A stretch of DNA of 64,000 nucleotides from Chrysomallon squamiferum (Eukaryota; Animalia; Mollusca), in assembly GCA_012295275.1 (NCBI GenBank), contig CM022679.1:2294001-2358000 (forward strand), read 5' to 3'. Below the pieces are notes generated by a model. It worked only from the letters and a program-made list of their open reading frames with translations, was not told where the DNA came from and made no database searches. Within the stretch, counting starts at the first letter, position 1. Every line of letters starts with the position of its first letter. Position numbers and translations under genes: made by a program. Shown piece after piece: positions 1 to 12,208 of the stretch.

Positions 1-1002
1 ATTTACAAGACAGGTTTACTCGAATTTGAATCTCAGTTAGCTTATATTTATGTTCTGTAGCCAATCCAGACAGGCAAATGTCACGTCATGACTCATAACT
101 TTTTTTCTTTTCCGTTCGATGTCTGTTTTATAACTTCTGATAATTCTGTATTTTCAGAAACATCATACACAAACACATACATAAACACACAGTACATGCA
201 CACAACACATACACACTAATACTCTTACAGATATATATAGTATTAAGATATAAATATATATATGTATGTATGTATGTATGTGTTTGTGTGTGTATTTGTA
301 TATATATATATATCACATATATACACAAAATTACATAAATACACACATACATATATATGCACAAACATAAAATCAAAAAACATATAGACACAACACACAC
401 ATACACCCACAATCACAACACAGCATTCACACACAAACATATAAACATACACACACATACACACTGGAAACATTAAGTCTTGACTCCTGGAATCAGTAGT
501 CAGTGACTGGAGTAATCTCCCTTGTGTAGCAATCCGTTCTGCAATACTGATGTAAAAAAAAATAACAAATATCATTGACACCACACACACATACACACAC
601 ACAGACACACATACACTCATACATACACACATATACGCACACACACACATGCACACACATACACAGACACTAGCAAACAATAGCATGATAATATTATTAA
701 AAAGAACAAAAACTGCACGTCTGTTCGGCAGTGTTTAACTGGAGCTAGTGGGGACAAATATAAAACTTTCCAGTTTGTGAACATAACTGAAATATTACCG
801 GAGTAAGTACAACACAATCAGCAGCAACCACTGATGGACACAAATACGCCATTGTTCCGCTCTAAATAATACTATTTTATTATTATTAATGATGATGATG
901 ACAATGTCTAACAATAAATAAATATGAATATAAGTTAACAAATAAATGAAAGTAGTTTTCTATCTTTTAAATGTTAATATAGAAATAGATCGAGGCGATA
1001 TT

Positions 1003-2014
1003 AATTCATCATAGCAGGATATCAGTAACACGGTTCATTCTTTAATTAACGTACAGGATGTAAATAACAGGGTTTATTCATTAATTAACGTACAGGATGT
1101 AATTAACACGATTTATTCGTTACTTAACGTACATGATGTAATTAACATGGTGTATTCGTTAGTTAACGTTCAGGATTCAGTAATACGATTTATTCATTAA
1201 TTAACGTACAGGATGTCAGTAACGTGGTTTATTCATTAATTAACGTACTGGATGTAATTAACAGGGTTTATTCGTCAATTAACGTACATGATGTAATTAA
1301 CATGGTTTATTCGTCAATTAACGTACAGGATGTAATTAACATGGTTTATTCGTCAATTAACGTACAGGATGTAATTAACATAGTTTATTCGTTAATTAAC
1401 GTACAGGATGTAATTAACAGAGTTTATTCGTTAATTAACGTACAGGATGTAATTAACAGAGTTTATTCGTTAATTAACGTACAGGATGTAATTAACATAG
1501 TTTATTCGTTAATTAACGTACAGGATGTAATTAACAGGGTTTATTCATTAATTAACGTACAGGATGTAATTAACATAGTTTATTCGTTAATTAACGTACA
1601 GGATGTAATTAACATAGTTTATTCGTCAATTAACGTACAGGATTCAGTAACGTGGTTTATTCATTAATTAGCGTACAGGATGTAATTAACAGAGTTTATT
1701 CGTTAATTAACGTACAGGATGTAATTAACAGAGTTTATTCGTCAATTAACGTACAGGATGTAATTAACAGAGTTTATTCGTTAATTAACGTACAGGATGT
1801 AATTAACAGAGTTTATTCGTTAATTAACGTACAGGATGTAATTAACAGAGTTTATTCGTTAATTAACGTACAGGATGTAATTAACAGAGTTTATTCATTA
1901 ATTAACGTACAGGATGTAATTAACAGAGTTTATTCGTTAATTAACGCACAGGACGTAATTAACAGAGTTTATTCGTTAATTAACGTACAGGGTGTCAGTA
2001 ACATGGTTTACCCG
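1003..2014 (+). repeat. 39-bp minisatellite, about 25 units, consensus TTAATTAACGTACAGGATGTAATTAACAGAGTTTATTCG; the last unit is the real intron/exon junction
   Basis: CAG ends recur every 39 nt (1678, 1717, 1756 ... 1951, 1990); one 38-bp unit between 1640 and 1678; the left end is degenerate. Confidence 0.97.
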
Positions 2015-2125
2015 GAGCAGCCCAGTCTGTACTTGGTCAGTAACGGAGCTGAGTGTATTGTCATGTCTAAGAAATTCTTCTTGGAAAAAGCGTCTGAGTC
2101 TTCCATGAGACATCTCAGACAAACA
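1991..2125 (+). CDS. Penultimate coding exon of a cyclic-nucleotide-binding-domain (CNBD2-like) protein; gene begins upstream of the window
   Basis: TACAG acceptor ends at 1990 and GTGAGT donor starts at 2126; 135 nt, phase 0/0; GVSNMVYPEQPSLYLVSNGAECIVMSKKFFLEKASESSMRHLRQT resembles the C-terminal part of a CNB fold (PSLxLVSNGAECIxxSKKFF) as I recall it from invertebrate CNBD proteins. Confidence 0.8.
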
Positions 2126-2299
2126 GTGAGTGTAACCATTTTATTTTGAATAACGTTGCATACCTAGTGTATATATGTATGTGTCTGTCTGTCTATATGT
2201 GTGTACTTTATGTATATATAAATATATATTTGTGGATGCATATATGAATGTGTTTTTATGAATGTGTATGTTTGTATGTGTGTGTATGTATGTATGTAG

Positions 2300-2446
2300 T
2301 TTAGGATTTTGAATATTCTCGGTCTTATGTACGTCTGATTAGACTCTGCACATAGACAATATTCGGGAACGCATTGGAGCAGGAGGACAAAGTCCAGTCA
2401 CGACCTCACAAACCCGTCAGATACCTCTAACGAGACTCGAACGTAC
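2300..2446 (-). mobile_element. tRNA-derived SINE family A copy (5'-truncated) inside the CNBD intron
   Basis: Shares GAATATTCTC..TCTGATTAGACTCTGCACA..GAGGACAAAGTCCAG..CGAGACTCGAACGTA with copies at 21761 and 22290 and, inverted, at 39671; flanked by TATG-type repeat. Confidence 0.75.
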
Positions 2447-2561
2447 AAGAAGACCTACGTGCATTTCCTTAAATACGATTACACAAGTGACTAAGGCACG
2501 AAATAATGATTAATACTGCAATGCGTTTAGATGTTATAAATATTCATTTATTTATTTGTAG

Positions 2562-2744
2562 GAATGTCCGTTCCCGACAGAGGAATATCTACAGAGAAAC
2601 TTACAAGACTATGTCAACTGGAAAGCGCACAGAGCGAAACTGTATCGACAGATCGTCAAGCGAAAACTGAGACAGGAGGCCATGAAGAAACAATTCTTGC
2701 CGCAGTACCAGGGCCAGTACTGCTTCAGAACGGGGCCTTTGTGA
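2562..2744 (+). CDS. Terminal coding exon of the same CNBD-like protein
   Basis: TTTATTTGTAG acceptor ends at 2561; joins the previous exon in frame: ECPFPTEEYLQRNLQDYVNWKAHRAKLYRQIVKRKLRQEAMKKQFLPQYQGQYCFRTGPL, TGA at 2742-2744. The ORF track shows a different, non-coding frame here. Confidence 0.8.
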   Translation, partial: ECPFPTEEYLQRNLQDYVNWKAHRAKLYRQIVKRKLRQEAMKKQFLPQYQGQYCFRTGPL

Positions 2745-5272
2745 CGATGTCTTTTTCTAAATAGTAGAAATAATGGATTTTGGTTTTACAGTAAAATGGT
2801 GCCATCTTGACGTGAAGTTCATTTAGACGCGATCGCAAGTTGTTGGCAACTAAGTCACGCTAACGTCCACAATGTCGAGTGAAACGTTGATGATACCGTC
2901 CTGCAAACAAACTGTGACGTAACGATTCACGTACATCGTGTTGTGTCGTAAAACATTTTACTTTCATTTGTCAACAGGGTATAAATTTTATATGTAAATA
3001 AATAACTTTCTTAGTTAGATAACACTGATAAAAAAGAAGATGAGATAGACGGACTGGAAGAAATAAGTATGTGATGTTATATCTATTTATAAAGAATAAA
3101 AACGTACTGAATATTCATAGTTATAGGTTTTCATATGTGCTTAATAAATCTGTGTACTGAAGTTAGAAATAATACGCTGGCGTGAATTCCTGGAGGATGA
3201 TAAAATTCCATTTCTGATGAGATGTACGTACACACCTACCTACCTGTCTGTGTACATCCATCCATCCTTCCTTACACAAACATACATGCAGACATACAAT
3301 CTTATATACATACAAACATATATACGTACATACATACAAATATACATACATAGATACATACATTCATATATACATGCTAGAGTCGAACTTCAAGGAACTT
3401 CACCCCGAGTAACAGACTTGTTTGAAAACAACATGTGAGAAAAATAATATTACATAATTGTATGTGACAGAGATGTTACCGTGACGGGTGTTACGTTTTG
3501 TCCGCTGACATAACTTGAACTTCTCTGTCCGTATTAGGTAGTGTCTGGTTCAACACTGTGATGATAAAATCATTTTAATGCGTGTTCAAGCATGACGTGG
3601 TCTTAAATGAAAAACATGACTAATCACAATGCCTGAACTCTTCATTACACTTTATCATTTGATTGAATGAAAGGTAAACAGTGGCTAGATAGTGTGTGTT
3701 TCCTTTAAGTCAGAAAACACTTCTTTCAGTTTGAGGGCCTCAGTTAGTGTGTCTGTAGCGGAGGTATTAATTATTCACATACAAACACATGTATACTCGT
3801 AGAAACATGTATATATATACATATCTTATTACGGTTTTCTCTACGGTCTAACAGCTGGCATCTGTTACTTCTGTTTGTTTGTAAAAATATCTAATAATTT
3901 ATCTGTCAGTGAAACAAACTTTAAAACCGTTAGAAATCTTGAAATGAATATTGTGAAATGTCATAAAAAGATGTCGCTTAATACATTTTATTTACTGGAG
4001 TACGAAAATATTTCTGTATTTCTGTTGCAGTCTTCTTCGTCAGTTTATGAAATCTCCACACAGTAGTGAGGGTCTCCCGTAACATTTGTTTTTAACCATT
4101 TTAGTTGTGAATCATCACCTATGACTTTCTGTTTTTGATAAACGTATCAGTTATCCGGGGCTTTACAGTAAAGTGAAGTTCATTTAGACGTGATCGCGAT
4201 GACATGACACGAAATTAAACAACAGACTCCAGCCACTATATCGAAATAGGAAGTAATAATATAGCGAATATATGTGGTATTCTATTTATATGACGGTTAT
4301 TACGTTAATCTTTACCGCGAAGAGAAATGAAACATAGCATACGATATTGTTTGTTTGTTGTTGTTTTTTTTTGTTTGTTTTTTTGTTTTGTTTTTGCTAC
4401 GCTGTAAAAGGTAAGACACAAAACTCGCGAACAACATTCAAAACATGTTGTTTAGTTTATAGTCAGTTTTAGTGAAAGAGAATACAAAATAATTTATGTG
4501 TATTTTGAAGATGAAAGAAAAAAACGTTAGAATGAAAGAAAGAAAACAAGAAAAAAGAATAAAGTTAAAAAAAAAAAAATAAAAAACAAAAAAAAAACAA
4601 GAAACAGAAAAAAAAGAGCAAGAGATTCTGACTTCACTGATCTTTCTGTGTAAAAATGAACTGAGCTGTTATTTTACACTTCGTCACAGCTGCGTCTTTG
4701 CCATCCACCTGAAGCGGCGAATCCACAAATTTACAGAGGTGGTTACCCAGCCCTGACTGCCACCGTTTGTCAGTAAGAATAAGCGTATAGATTGCGAGAT
4801 AAGAATATTTAAAAATATATTCATCAGGACTTGTAGCTAATTTCTATCTGTGAAAACTGCCAAGCGCTTTGTTTAGTTAGCAAGAGTTCACTGCATCTCT
4901 GCTAGATCCGCTGCTTAAAATACATAAACACAACAAGTACAGCCACTGAACCGAGCTTTATTAACACTCAAACATAACAGTTTTTTCTTTATCTATGTGT
5001 TCATTTTTATTTAATACAAAAATCAATTTCAGTTCCAACATATTATTGTTTTATTAAATACGAAAATCAGTTTGTGTCCCAACATATTATTATTTTATTT
5101 TTTCTCCCAGTTAACCTTGTATAATAGTGAACAATTAGGCAATAATTTCCTTTCTTTTCCTGTTTACGCGTATTATCATACCATACACACAAAAATTTAA
5201 AGCGATAAATTAAATCATTCGTTAACAGTTGATGCATGTCAAACAGCAATTAACACCAAACGTACACAGTTT

Positions 5273-5836
5273 CTAGCCTATAACCAGTTCATGCTTTTCT
5301 TCTATTCTGTAAGCACCGTCTTCAAGAACTGGTTCTGCAATCTCCATCAGCAGCTGGTGTATGTTAAACGAAGAACTCGGGACAAGACGGTCTGTGACTT
5401 GCAGAAATTGGTACGAATCTTCAGCTCTGCTCGATGTTACAATTGCTGAGGATTCCTGGCGGAAGAACGCGTGACCGGGACACGTAGAATTTCTGTTGTT
5501 TTCCTGCTGTAGACGTCTGTACATCTGTTCCAATTGTGCGACATGTCTCAGCGATATGTCAGCCTGAATGGGAACATTACGAGAATACGTCCCAGACGCC
5601 AAAGGGCAGTTTGGTGACAGCCGAAGGTGGAGACTGTTGTCATTAGTTTCAGAGACGATGTCACTCACAGCTACACCCCTGTTACACACGTGACATCGGA
5701 TCTCTCTCCTTTCTTCACAATAATGTAATCCTGTTCTAGCCAGCTTTATGGGCCTACGTTGACCTAAATCAGGGCATGTCCAGAATGTCCCCAGTCTGTG
5801 AATCTCTTTGTCTTTATTCCAAATAATCCTCTCCAT
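5273..5836 (-). CDS. Inhibitor-of-apoptosis (IAP/BIRC)-like protein, 187 aa, single divergent BIR domain, no RING seen
   Basis: ExxRLxTF...LARTGLHY...CHVC-x18-H-x6-C followed by NVPI; ATG at 5836 lies just inside an acceptor (TTCTCTCTCTCATTATGCTAG, AG at 5870-5869); TAG at 5275-5273. Confidence 0.85.
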   Translation of the reverse strand: MERIIWNKDKEIHRLGTFWTCPDLGQRRPIKLARTGLHYCEERREIRCHVCNRGVAVSDIVSETNDNSLHLRLSPNCPLASGTYSRNVPIQADISLRHVAQLEQMYRRLQQENNRNSTCPGHAFFRQESSAIVTSSRAEDSYQFLQVTDRLVPSSSFNIHQLLMEIAEPVLEDGAYRIEEKHELVIG

Positions 5837-6436
5837 ATTAGCTTTATTATACAGTGCGTACAGACAGTCTAGCATAATGAGAGAGAGAAAAAATAAACAG
5901 TTTGAAAAGAAAACAGAAAACATGAAACGTTTAATAGTTTTTTCTGTTTATAATCGCAAAGAAATTACGTTAAAACGTGTTTAAAAGAAAATAACGAAAG
6001 AGATACAGAAAGACAGATAGAGACAGAGAGATGGATGATAGAGAGAGCCAGAGGGAGAGAGATAGAGAGATGGATGATAGAGAGAGAGCCAGAGGGAGAG
6101 AGATAACAGAACCAGTGAAAGAGGTAACAGATAGATAGAGAGAGATAGAGAGAGAAATAGAGATGATAGAAAGAGAGATGTATAGAGAATGAATGGGACT
6201 GAGAGTGTAAGAGATGAAGAGTGACATAATGACAGAGAGATGTAGTACAGTTAGTGTTAGTAGTCGAAGAAATAACAGGAACTGATAGGACACAAGTAGT
6301 AATAGTAGTAATGACATTACTGTAGTAGTATTAATAGTAGTAGAAGCAGCAGCAACATAGTAGTAGTGATAGCTGAATTATATAAACGGCAGGCAAATCA
6401 ATAAAACACAGAAGAGACATTTTTTTTCAAACTTAC

Positions 6437-6498
6437 CTGAGCGAATAAATCAGTATGATGTCTCAAGACATGCACGACTGATTCAGTCTTGATAAAAC
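6437..6498 (-). other. Probable non-coding 5'UTR exon of the BIR gene
   Basis: Consensus donor CAG|GTAAGT at 6436; upstream pyrimidine tract and CTAACAG acceptor; a stop in the BIR-compatible frame makes it non-coding. Confidence 0.5.
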
Positions 6499-6852
6499 TG
6501 TTAGAGGACAATTGTTTAAGTAGGTCATGGGTGTGATTATGGGTTTTCAACAAGGAAATAGAAAGAAAAAATATAAACTAGCGTCTGTATACAATTACCG
6601 TATCTGATTTGGTATTGCAGCTGTTAGTGTTACAATTATTGTATCTTCTACCACTACGACCACTGCTACTCTACAGTTATTATAAATAGTAATACTACTA
6701 CTATATACATAAGTTATTAAATTCTCAGATAATTATTTCAAAACCTCAGATGAAGCATCCTGGATTGGCCTGCTTTGAATGGAAGAGATGGAACGATACA
6801 TAGAGAAAAAGAGAAGTGACAGAGATAAAGAAAAATAGAGAGACAGAGAGAC

Positions 6853-6963
<111 letters not shown>

Positions 6964-7161
6964 CTATTAACAGATTGTCACGATGAAGATTTTGTTTGTG
7001 TTTAATGTTATCAGATTCCTGAGTGTTTTGTATTCTCATTTTCCTCTCTCTTGTTTTTCAAGTTATTGGATATTTGCATTATTCTATTAATGGACACACG
7101 GATCAGTAAACCCGCGGGCATCTTTCAGTCTTTGTTTAAACCAAGCTTCTGAAAAACACAT

Positions 7162-7360
7162 CTCTTGAAATTAGCATTCATACTGGATGTATTTAACTCT
7201 TGAAATTAGTATGCATACTAGATCATATTGTATTAAGCTTATTAAATTAATATTCATACTGGATCATATGGTATTTAACTCTTGAAATTAATATTCATAT
7301 TGGATCATGTTCAATTTAACTCTTGAAATTTGTATTCATATCGAATCATGTTGTATTTTT
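7162..7360. repeat. Degenerate minisatellite of about 41 bp, about 5 units (CTCTTGAAATTARTATTCATACTGGATCATATTGTATTTAA)
   Basis: CTCTTGAAATT and CATAC/TGGATCAT blocks recur. Confidence 0.85.
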
Positions 7361-7405
7361 GAATAAAAACGTACTATTACCGTGCATCTAACTCGCAGCA
7401 AACCA

Positions 7406-7507
<102 letters not shown>

Positions 7508-8139
7508 GTCTTTCTTTATCCCTGTCTTTCTCTTTCTCTCACTTTGTGTGTCCCTCTTTCTTTTCCCTTTCTACTCTCTCTCACACACAGCCACAAACAC
7601 ACATACACACACACACCACACAAACTGTCGCTAGTTTTAATGACTAATAGATCCTAAAACGTGTGTCTTGTAAGAAATTAGTATCCTCTGAGTTATACTA
7701 TACAAAAACAAAAAACAAACTCATTGAGAAATCTCTGACCATTCAGATGTTGTTTAAAACATAACACAAAGTACAAAACGTATGTATCTGTACATGCACA
7801 ATAAATACTCAATACATATTTCAGTCATTCTCTATTAATGTTGTATCATTAGGCAACTACATTCATGTAGTCGGTCCGGATTTAGACGTTTCCTGAACAG
7901 AACTCTGGTAAAATCAGATTTTTGTGAAAATCTTGGGAAAGCTTTAACACTTCTCTGACAGAAAGCACGCTAAATGATAAGCATATGGATTTTTATCCTG
8001 AAATGTCGTAAACCAGACGAAGATGTAATTTGGCAAGCTGTTATGGTCGTGTGACAAAAGTGCCTCGAAAGTTTAATTCGTGAAGCTTCTGCGCCCTGTC
8101 TGTTCAGTGTGTGTCTAAATCCGCCACTGATAAGCCATT

Positions 8140-8605
8140 TATTAACGCACGTGGAAACAGAGTATGTATTAAATGTCATTCATTAACACGTGTAAACAGA
8201 GCATGTATTAATGTCATTCACTAATACACGTGTAAACAGAGCATGTATTAAATGTCATTCATTAACACGTGTAAACAGAGTATGTATTAAATGTCATTCA
8301 TTAACACGTGTAAACAGAGCATGTATTAATGTCATTCATTAACACGTATAAACAGGGTATGTATTAAATGTCATTCATTAACACGTGTAAACAGAGTATG
8401 TATTAATGTCATTCACTAACACGTGTAAACAGAGCATGTATTAAATGTCATTCACTAACACGTGTAAACAGAGTATGTATTAAATGTCATTCATTAACAC
8501 GTGTAAACAGAATATGTACTAAATGTCATTCACTAATATACGTGTAAACAGAGCATGTATTAAATATCATTCACTAACACGTGTAAACAGAGTATGTATT
8601 AAATA
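8140..8605. repeat. 38-41-bp minisatellite, 12 units, consensus ATTAACACGTGTAAACAGAGTATGTATTAAATGTCATTC
   Basis: Tandem units read directly; most carry CACGTG overlapping GTAAACA. Confidence 0.97.
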
Positions 8606-9508
8606 TAGACTTTATCTGACAAACACAACACATAAAAACACGAATCTATATGACTTCTCAGTTTCCTCCTTCAGGATTTGAACCAAGATACTTCAGTTTA
8701 AAGATCGAACATTTTACAACAGTTAATGTGAAATTGGCCTCAAGTTGAAGTTGCCTCAAGTGAAACATCGAGTAACACTCAGCTAAACACCATTATGTCG
8801 AAGTTCGATGTATTGATTGTTCGAGATAGTTTCTGTTTTTACTCTTTTTTTTGTTAATCATGAGTTTATTTGATGATCTAAAATTTAAAAAGAAATTATC
8901 TCTCTCAAAGAAATTCAATTTTTAAAATTTTTCTTTTATTGACCAATAGTTTCCATGAATTCTAAGGTTCAAGGAAATTTATTTTGTCAACATTCAAATG
9001 TAATTTTAATTTCAGATTACAAGTCGACATTTTAATTCAAAAATTTAGTTTTGGGGTCACTGTCTGTTTATGAAGTCATTATGTCAACATTCATTCTGAT
9101 TTTACCTGTCTTCCACGATATTTTTGTTGTTGTTGTTGTTGTTTTTGTGGGGGTTTTTGTTTGCATTTTTCTCTATAACAAAACATTTTCTAACATTGTA
9201 TCTTTGTCTTTACACTGTAACATTGTTTATATTCAATAAACTATATTAATTTTGTATACATCAAACTAATGTGCTGTTATTATATTTGTTATATCAATTG
9301 TATAAACACGGTAGGTTTATTGTATAAAATACGGTAACGTTTAGTAACGTCTATTGTATAAAACAATATAGTTTATAATTATATGTAACACACTTCACGT
9401 AACCCAGTAACTGTGTTTGACATAGTAAGTTGTTTGTGTGTAATACTTTTACGTGTTTGTGTAACACAGTAACATTTTGTACGTAACACAGTAACACAGC
9501 AATGATGG

Positions 9509-10056
9509 TCACTGAAGAACACACTTGGCATCTCTCGTATCGTCATCTGGTGACGTACTGGAGTTTGTCCGGCTCTGGGCAACCAGCAGATCGGTTCTGA
9601 TGCTGGGTCGTCTGGCATTGGGAGCCACCGCCCCACAGGCATCACTGGTCTTCCTTCTGATGGACATGACTCTGCCAGCCACGGGCGAGCTGCCTTTGCC
9701 CACGTACTGGGGGTGCACTTTGCGATGTAGCGATGGACTCATTTCAGAAGGCAGTTTGGCTGTGTGGAAAAGTCGTACGAACACATCCTCAATATTTACG
9801 TTCTTCTTAGCCGAGCACTCCGTGTAGATGGTGTTGGAACGTCCTTCCAGAAGATTGATGACGTCATTCTGGTCAATGACCCTGTCCTTCTCAAGGTCAC
9901 ACTTGTTGCCAACGATCATGATAGGCACGTTGAGCAGCTTGACGTCCTTGACGCTGCGACACTGACTCTTACACTCGACAATCTGATCTAGCAGACGTCT
10001 GACTTCATCAAAGCTCTCTCGATTGTCAATGCTGTACACCAGGATGAACAGATCAC
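9509..10056 (-). CDS. RASD1: RASD1 (Dexras1)/RASD2 (Rhes)-family small GTPase, coding exon 2
   Basis: TTGTTTACTTGCAG acceptor (AG 10058-10057), phase 1; G4 NKCD, G5 SAK, RASD-type C-terminal motifs LPSEMSPSLHRK and ARRPSIRTDL, CAAX box CVLQ-stop. Confidence 0.95.
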
Positions 10057-10182
10057 CTGCAAGTAAACAAATATCTAACTGATAGCTCTGTTTTGTGAAA
10101 GTATAACATGTCAAACGTACGTTATAATGAAAGGGTATCTCTCTCACACACACACACACATACACACACACATTATATTTAT

Positions 10183-10249
<67 letters not shown>

Positions 10250-10499
10250 GTGAATATATATACACAATACACAACACACAGACTCATGTATACAATCACA
10301 CAAAAGGAAAACTACGTAACAAAGTACGTGACTGTATTTGATTACAAAGATACATTACCTTTAATCATTAGAGTTCTCGCAACATTTGTAATGACAGTTA
10401 ATTGTGGTTTGTCACGATAGTTCTCTTTGTACATGAATTAATATGAGATAATTTATATACCGGTCACGATATTTATTAACATAAAAATATTGTTCCTTT

Positions 10500-10578
<79 letters not shown>

Positions 10579-10867
10579 GTGAATACATTACACAATAATT
10601 ATGTGCCCATTTATAATGTTTACTCATCCTGATACCAGTCTGTATTTCAGTGTGCGTATTTCTTATAAACACACTATTTAAAATGATTAAACAACTAATG
10701 AGCGATAATCTGTAACATTAAGACGTTTTGACCCTAACGTAAAACTAGGCTATTTCTCGTCACGCAAGCTTAATAATATCTCTGTAGTGAAATACTTTAC
10801 TTCCTGTTTTCTTTTCTCTCATTGCTGTTTCTAGGCAACAGCAAGGACAAGAATTTTACATAGTATT

Positions 10868-10999
10868 CAGGGGCGGATCATGGAAATTGATTGTGCTGTG
10901 TTTACATTTTAAGATACAAAGAATTTCATCATAAAGAAGAAGAAATAAGGATTGTACACATTATTTACAAGAAGTGGCTGACACTAGTTACCGCCCCTG
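10868..10999. mobile_element. Short MITE-like element with 9-bp terminal inverted repeats CAGGGGCGG...CCGCCCCTG
   Basis: Perfect 9-bp inverted GC-rich ends in AT-rich intron DNA; related ends at 15019-15406; no clear target-site duplication. Confidence 0.5.
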
Positions 11000-12096
11000 G
11001 GACTGTAACTAATAAATAAAAAGTCACGGTGTCTAAGTAACTGACAAAAAAAGGGTTTATGTTATTTTGTAAACTAATGAAACGTGAGCAGGTGGCCTGC
11101 GTGAGTATGAGCTGTGACTGTAGTAAATGGAAGAAAACACGTTTTATTGGTGATTTGAAGTGATAAGCTGTCACAAAACACGGAAATCACTTCTCAGTTA
11201 AATGATAGGTTTCTTCGCAGTGTTTTTCTTTTACCGAGCGACTGCAAAACTGTGTCAAAATTCTTAACGTTTTTGGTGCACATCGTGTATTTTTTATGTG
11301 TTAGCTGTGTTCGTATGTGTATATTTACGTTATATGTATATCTGTCACTATATATATATATATATAAATATGTGTATGTGATTGTATGAATATGTACGTT
11401 TGTGTATCCAAGTGTGTATTTATGAGTCCGTATGTAAGTATATATATAAGAACACATGTATGCATCCATCTGTGCATGTGCATGTGCGTACTTAAATTTA
11501 TGTATGTGTGTGTGTGTGTGTTTGTGTTATTCAGTAATACAAAACCTTGAACATTGTTCTTTAAACTGCACATTACGTCATTACTACTATAAACTCATGT
11601 AGCTCATTAATCCTCGATCTATGAACTGACGTCACTGCTATAGTTGAAACGTAAGAAACGGCGACATATAATTTAGTTTTAAACTGTACTCCTTTATACT
11701 TTTTAACTAGGTGTTATTCTAATGTGTGTTTAAAAAGCTCGTTCGGTCAGTAACACCATAATACGATATTCAGCTACAAAAATTAAAAAAGAAAAATTAT
11801 GAAAATGAAAACAGCTTTGCTCGTTTCAGCAACTGTTCATGCATTGTGATTAATATACCTCACAATTTGATATTATTTATTTCTTAGAATATTATTAAGT
11901 CAAGAAAAATATTTCAGACGTAATCATGCTGATTAACTCCTGATTAATTACAAGTTAATTAGTTTTGCTGAATCTGGGTGGTCGTATGTATTACTGTGGG
12001 CGTCATTTTGAGAAGAATTCTATGAGTACGTACGTCGGTATGTCAGTGTATGCACGTGTGGATACGTAAACGTGTATGAAAACGAACGAATTTGAA

Positions 12097-12208
<112 letters not shown>

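Noticed and set aside
465-802. Unique islands among CA/TA repeats as extra exons (- strand 546-465; + strand segment ending GGA|GTAAGT near 802)
   Set aside because: The + segment's open frame ends in phase 2 and does not join the phase-0 CNBD exon; the - segment's donor is just the GT microsatellite; neither gives a recognisable peptide.
1224-1990. ORFs encoding (VYSLINVQDVINR)n as a standalone repeat protein
   Set aside because: They are translations of the 39-bp minisatellite; only 1991-2125 has exon boundaries and domain similarity. Possible inclusion by splicing is covered under findings.
9525-9991. + strand ORFs overlapping RASD exon 2 (also 18146-18632 over exon 1)
   Set aside because: Antisense shadows of GC-rich coding exons with no motif of their own.
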